Positions 41,502 to 44,011 of a stretch of 44,011 nucleotides of DNA are shown one piece after another. Below the pieces are notes generated by a model, which saw nothing but the letters and a program-made list of their open reading frames with translations, did no database searches and was not told where the DNA came from. Numbering within the stretch: position 1 is the first letter of the stretch; each line of letters begins with the position of its first letter. Where the stretch lies: assembly GCA_030637655.1 (NCBI GenBank), contig DAOWGI010000076.1, forward strand, positions 1 to 44,011, written 5' to 3'. Source of the DNA: a candidate division FCPU426 bacterium. Its GTDB lineage: Bacteria > Oederibacteriota > JAAXVQ01 > JAUVAV01. Made by a program: the position numbers and the translations under genes.

Positions 41502-41705
41502 TCAGTCAATTTTGGTAACGTTGGACGCCTGCGGTCCTTTGGGACCGTCAGTGACATCAAATTCAACTTTTTCCCCTTCGGCTAAACTTTTGAACCCCTC
41601 GCCTTTTAGAGCTGAAAAATGCACAAAAACATCTTTGCCACCCTCCTGCTCCAAAAAACCAAATCCTTTTGCATCATTAAACCACTTTACTTTACCTTGT
41701 ACCAT
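41502..41705 (-). CDS. cspA: Cold-shock protein (CspA family)
   Basis: [40 protein letters not shown]; upstream TTGACA-N17-TATGGT. Confidence 0.95.
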   Translation of the reverse strand: MVQGKVKWFNDAKGFGFLEQEGGKDVFVHFSALKGEGFKSLAEGEKVEFDVTDGPKGPQASNVTKID

Positions 41706-41986
41706 GAAACACGTTCCTCCTATAATATAAAACTGCCGGCTCCTGCTCATATCCGGCTGAAACCTGTATGAACCATAAGCTTTATTTCGAAATATGTCAA
41801 ATATCATTTTGTGTTTTTGTGGGAATAGGATATTTCTTCCTATTCCCACTGCAACCCGAATTTTTGTCGTTGACGTACTATTCCGGATTTTGCTACACTT
41901 TTTTAAAGCACGGTCTTATCAGCTTGAGGCAAGATGGGCAAGGAAGGTTGAAAAAACCTTTATTATTTTATTAGGAGGACTTTTCG

Positions 41987-42676
41987 ATGAAACAAATTCT
42001 GTTGGCTTTGTTTTTCACACTATGTTTTCTAATCACTCCGGCGTATGCCGATGTGCTGTATCTCAAAGACGGTTCGGTTCTAAAAGGAAAGATTAACAAA
42101 CTGGATAGCCAATCTGTGGAGATAAAAACGTCTGTCGGAGTATTTACAATTGCCCGTGATCAAATTAAAAAATCCGAAATGGGCGAAGCTGTCATCGCGC
42201 CTGCGGATGCCGAGGAAAAAAAACTCTCCCCCCCGCCAATTAAAGCACAAGTGGAATCTTTCGCCTTGGCAACCGGCAAATCCGTTTATTCTGAACGAAC
42301 CCTTGGACTTGGATTTGCCGCCGGCACCTCCAGCGGCTCCGGACTTAGCGCCATACTCTACTGTTCTCCGGCCAGCTTTAATTTTACGGCTTTTCCCATT
42401 AATGATGGTTATTCCGTGGGCGCGCAGATACAGATGGATCTTATACAATTCAAGTATCAGCGTTTCCATGGCTACCTTGGCGGGGCGATTTACAGCCGCT
42501 TTAACGACCCATTCTATAATTTAGGCCTTGGATTTGGATATGGCTGGATGGCTGCTAAATTCATTGGATTTACACTCAATGGCGGTATGCTGGGAACAAT
42601 TGATTCCGATGACAACACCACCGAGATTACCTGGGGTCCGGATATTAATTTTTTATTGCATTTTTCCGTTTTATGA
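41987..42676 (+). CDS. Hypothetical exported / outer-membrane protein
   Basis: Signal peptide ending AYA-D, DVLYLKDGSVLKGKI small domain, Gly/aromatic-rich beta-strand-like C-terminus. Confidence 0.75.
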   Translation: MKQILLALFFTLCFLITPAYADVLYLKDGSVLKGKINKLDSQSVEIKTSVGVFTIARDQIKKSEMGEAVIAPADAEEKKLSPPPIKAQVESFALATGKSVYSERTLGLGFAAGTSSGSGLSAILYCSPASFNFTAFPINDGYSVGAQIQMDLIQFKYQRFHGYLGGAIYSRFNDPFYNLGLGFGYGWMAAKFIGFTLNGGMLGTIDSDDNTTEITWGPDINFLLHFSVL

Positions 42677-42859
42677 ACTTTGGGTATGTGGTTAAAATAA
42701 CAAGTTAACTTTTTTTTCCCTGGTAGGTTGCTTCCAGCTGCCGAAGGTATGTTTTTAACATTGGAATTTTGTTCAGTCGGCAGGGAGTGGCCAAAAGGAG
42801 CGGAATATCCACCGGTGGTGGCCGGCGGCTTGGTGATGTAAGTGAATTTGAATTATATT

Positions 42860-43471
42860 TTAGAAATTGATTTTCACCAGCCGGCAGCAAAAAATCGGTT
42901 CCTGCTTTAACTCCGGAATCAAGCTGGGCAATCCGGCTATCTCGGGTCTTAGCCCGATTTCGCCCGATAAAAGCATATCGCCTTCCCCACTTTGGTACCC
43001 GATTTCCAAAAACACCAACCCTAAGCCCAAGCCGGCGCCAATAAGACCGCCCCAACCGATTTCTGCATTAAAGTCCGTATCATCATAACGTGCATAAGCG
43101 ATGGTGGCGACCATGGCTCCCATCATCATCCCAATCAGGGTGCCGCCGGTCATGTATTCTGTCAGGGGATAATACACACTGGGTGCGGGTGAGGTAAATT
43201 GATAAATGCCTAACCCGGTTCCCAGAAGGGCGCCACCTAAAAATCCATAGATTGGCCCGGTCACTAATAATTTAGGGTCCGCACTATTTTTCGAGCTATA
43301 AGCCACCAGACTGCCGGACAAACCGACCAGGGTTCCAGCCCCCGCTCCGGTTAAAATATTAGTGTACAGGAGCTGTACCCGGCTGACCTGATGATCACGG
43401 GCCAGCGCGAGATTGGCGCCGGTAAAAAGTAGCATAAGTACCAGAAACAAAAAGACACATCTTTTTTTCAT
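42860..43471 (-). CDS. Hypothetical exported glycine-zipper membrane protein
   Basis: RBS GAGGAG before ATG 43471; signal peptide ending ALA; four GxxxG-rich hydrophobic segments. Confidence 0.72.
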   Translation of the reverse strand: MKKRCVFLFLVLMLLFTGANLALARDHQVSRVQLLYTNILTGAGAGTLVGLSGSLVAYSSKNSADPKLLVTGPIYGFLGGALLGTGLGIYQFTSPAPSVYYPLTEYMTGGTLIGMMMGAMVATIAYARYDDTDFNAEIGWGGLIGAGLGLGLVFLEIGYQSGEGDMLLSGEIGLRPEIAGLPSLIPELKQEPIFCCRLVKINF

Positions 43472-43776
43472 GGTTTTTCTCCTCATTATTGAGATTCCAG
43501 TTCTTATACATATCAACCGATTTTTATAGAAAGTTGCTAAGAAATTACTTTTAAAAATAGTATAACAAAGGCTGAAATGGAACGTCAACGAAAAAAAAAC
43601 CGGGCTAATGAGGGGGGCGGATTACAAAAAACCTTGAAATTTTAGATGAAGAATTATTAATTTCATGAATTATTTGCTGGATACACATGCTTTTTTATGG
43701 GCGATGTTTTCAAGTAACCGGTTGGCTTCGTGCTGACACTACCAGATGAAGCTATCTCTTAAAAACACCAAAAGAA

Positions 43777-44011
43777 TTAAACATATACTTTTTCTTCGTT
43801 TTGGGGAGCTAAATCCGTATAAAAACGAGATGGTCCATCCAACACTTTCCATTCCGCCTCTTCTAAAACACGGCGGCATTCCTGAACTGTCATGCCTCTT
43901 TTTTCTTCAGTGTTTTCCTGAGTATCCCGTGGGTTTGAACCTGCCTCAGCCCAAAGTAAGCAAGCTCCCGCAGCCGCCCCAATGATACTGGGTTCATGGG
44001 TGCAATTTCCA
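43777..44011 (-). CDS. C-terminus of a probable radical SAM (biotin-synthase-related) protein, partial
   Basis: Hand translation: GNCTHEPSIIGAAAGACLLWAEAGSNPRDT...RGMTVQECRRVLEEAEW.VLDGPS; the CxxxCxxC motif would lie outside the window. Confidence 0.6.
   Translation of the reverse strand, partial: GNCTHEPSIIGAAAGACLLWAEAGSNPRDTQENTEEKRGMTVQECRRVLEEAEWKVLDGPSRFYTDLAPQNEEKVYV

Overview
This is a bacterial chromosomal window made mostly of housekeeping genes. In order: a minus-strand chemotaxis block (partial MCP, cheW, cheA) behind candidate sigma28/sigma54 promoters; ftsE-ftsX-envC-ctpA; tsaD-dusB; a TPR lipoprotein; a divergent NadE-like protein; rsmI; CIRCE-groES-groEL; guaB-guaA; yjbQ; dnaE; an O-antigen-ligase/TPR protein; comM; parA-parB-M23-bactofilin; gltX with tRNA-Gln(CTG) and tRNA-Glu(CTC); a cold-shock gene; two hypothetical envelope proteins; and a partial radical SAM gene. 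The most notable accessory block is a ~4 kb cassette (about 28.2-31.9 kb) bracketed by two copies of the 5' end of the O-antigen-ligase gene. It holds a group II intron domain-I remnant, a sigma70 promoter followed by a compact GC-rich structured RNA that I cannot assign, and an ino1 / IPCT-DIPPS / HD-domain operon (di-myo-inositol-phosphate-type pathway with a candidate for the final phosphatase). Intergenic DNA is crowded with several families of palindromic repeats (GTAG-REPs, GTCAT..ATGAC elements, composite TTAG-bounded elements, GGGACG inverted repeats) and gene remnants. All calls come from reading the sequence and recalled family motifs; no searches or folding programs were run.
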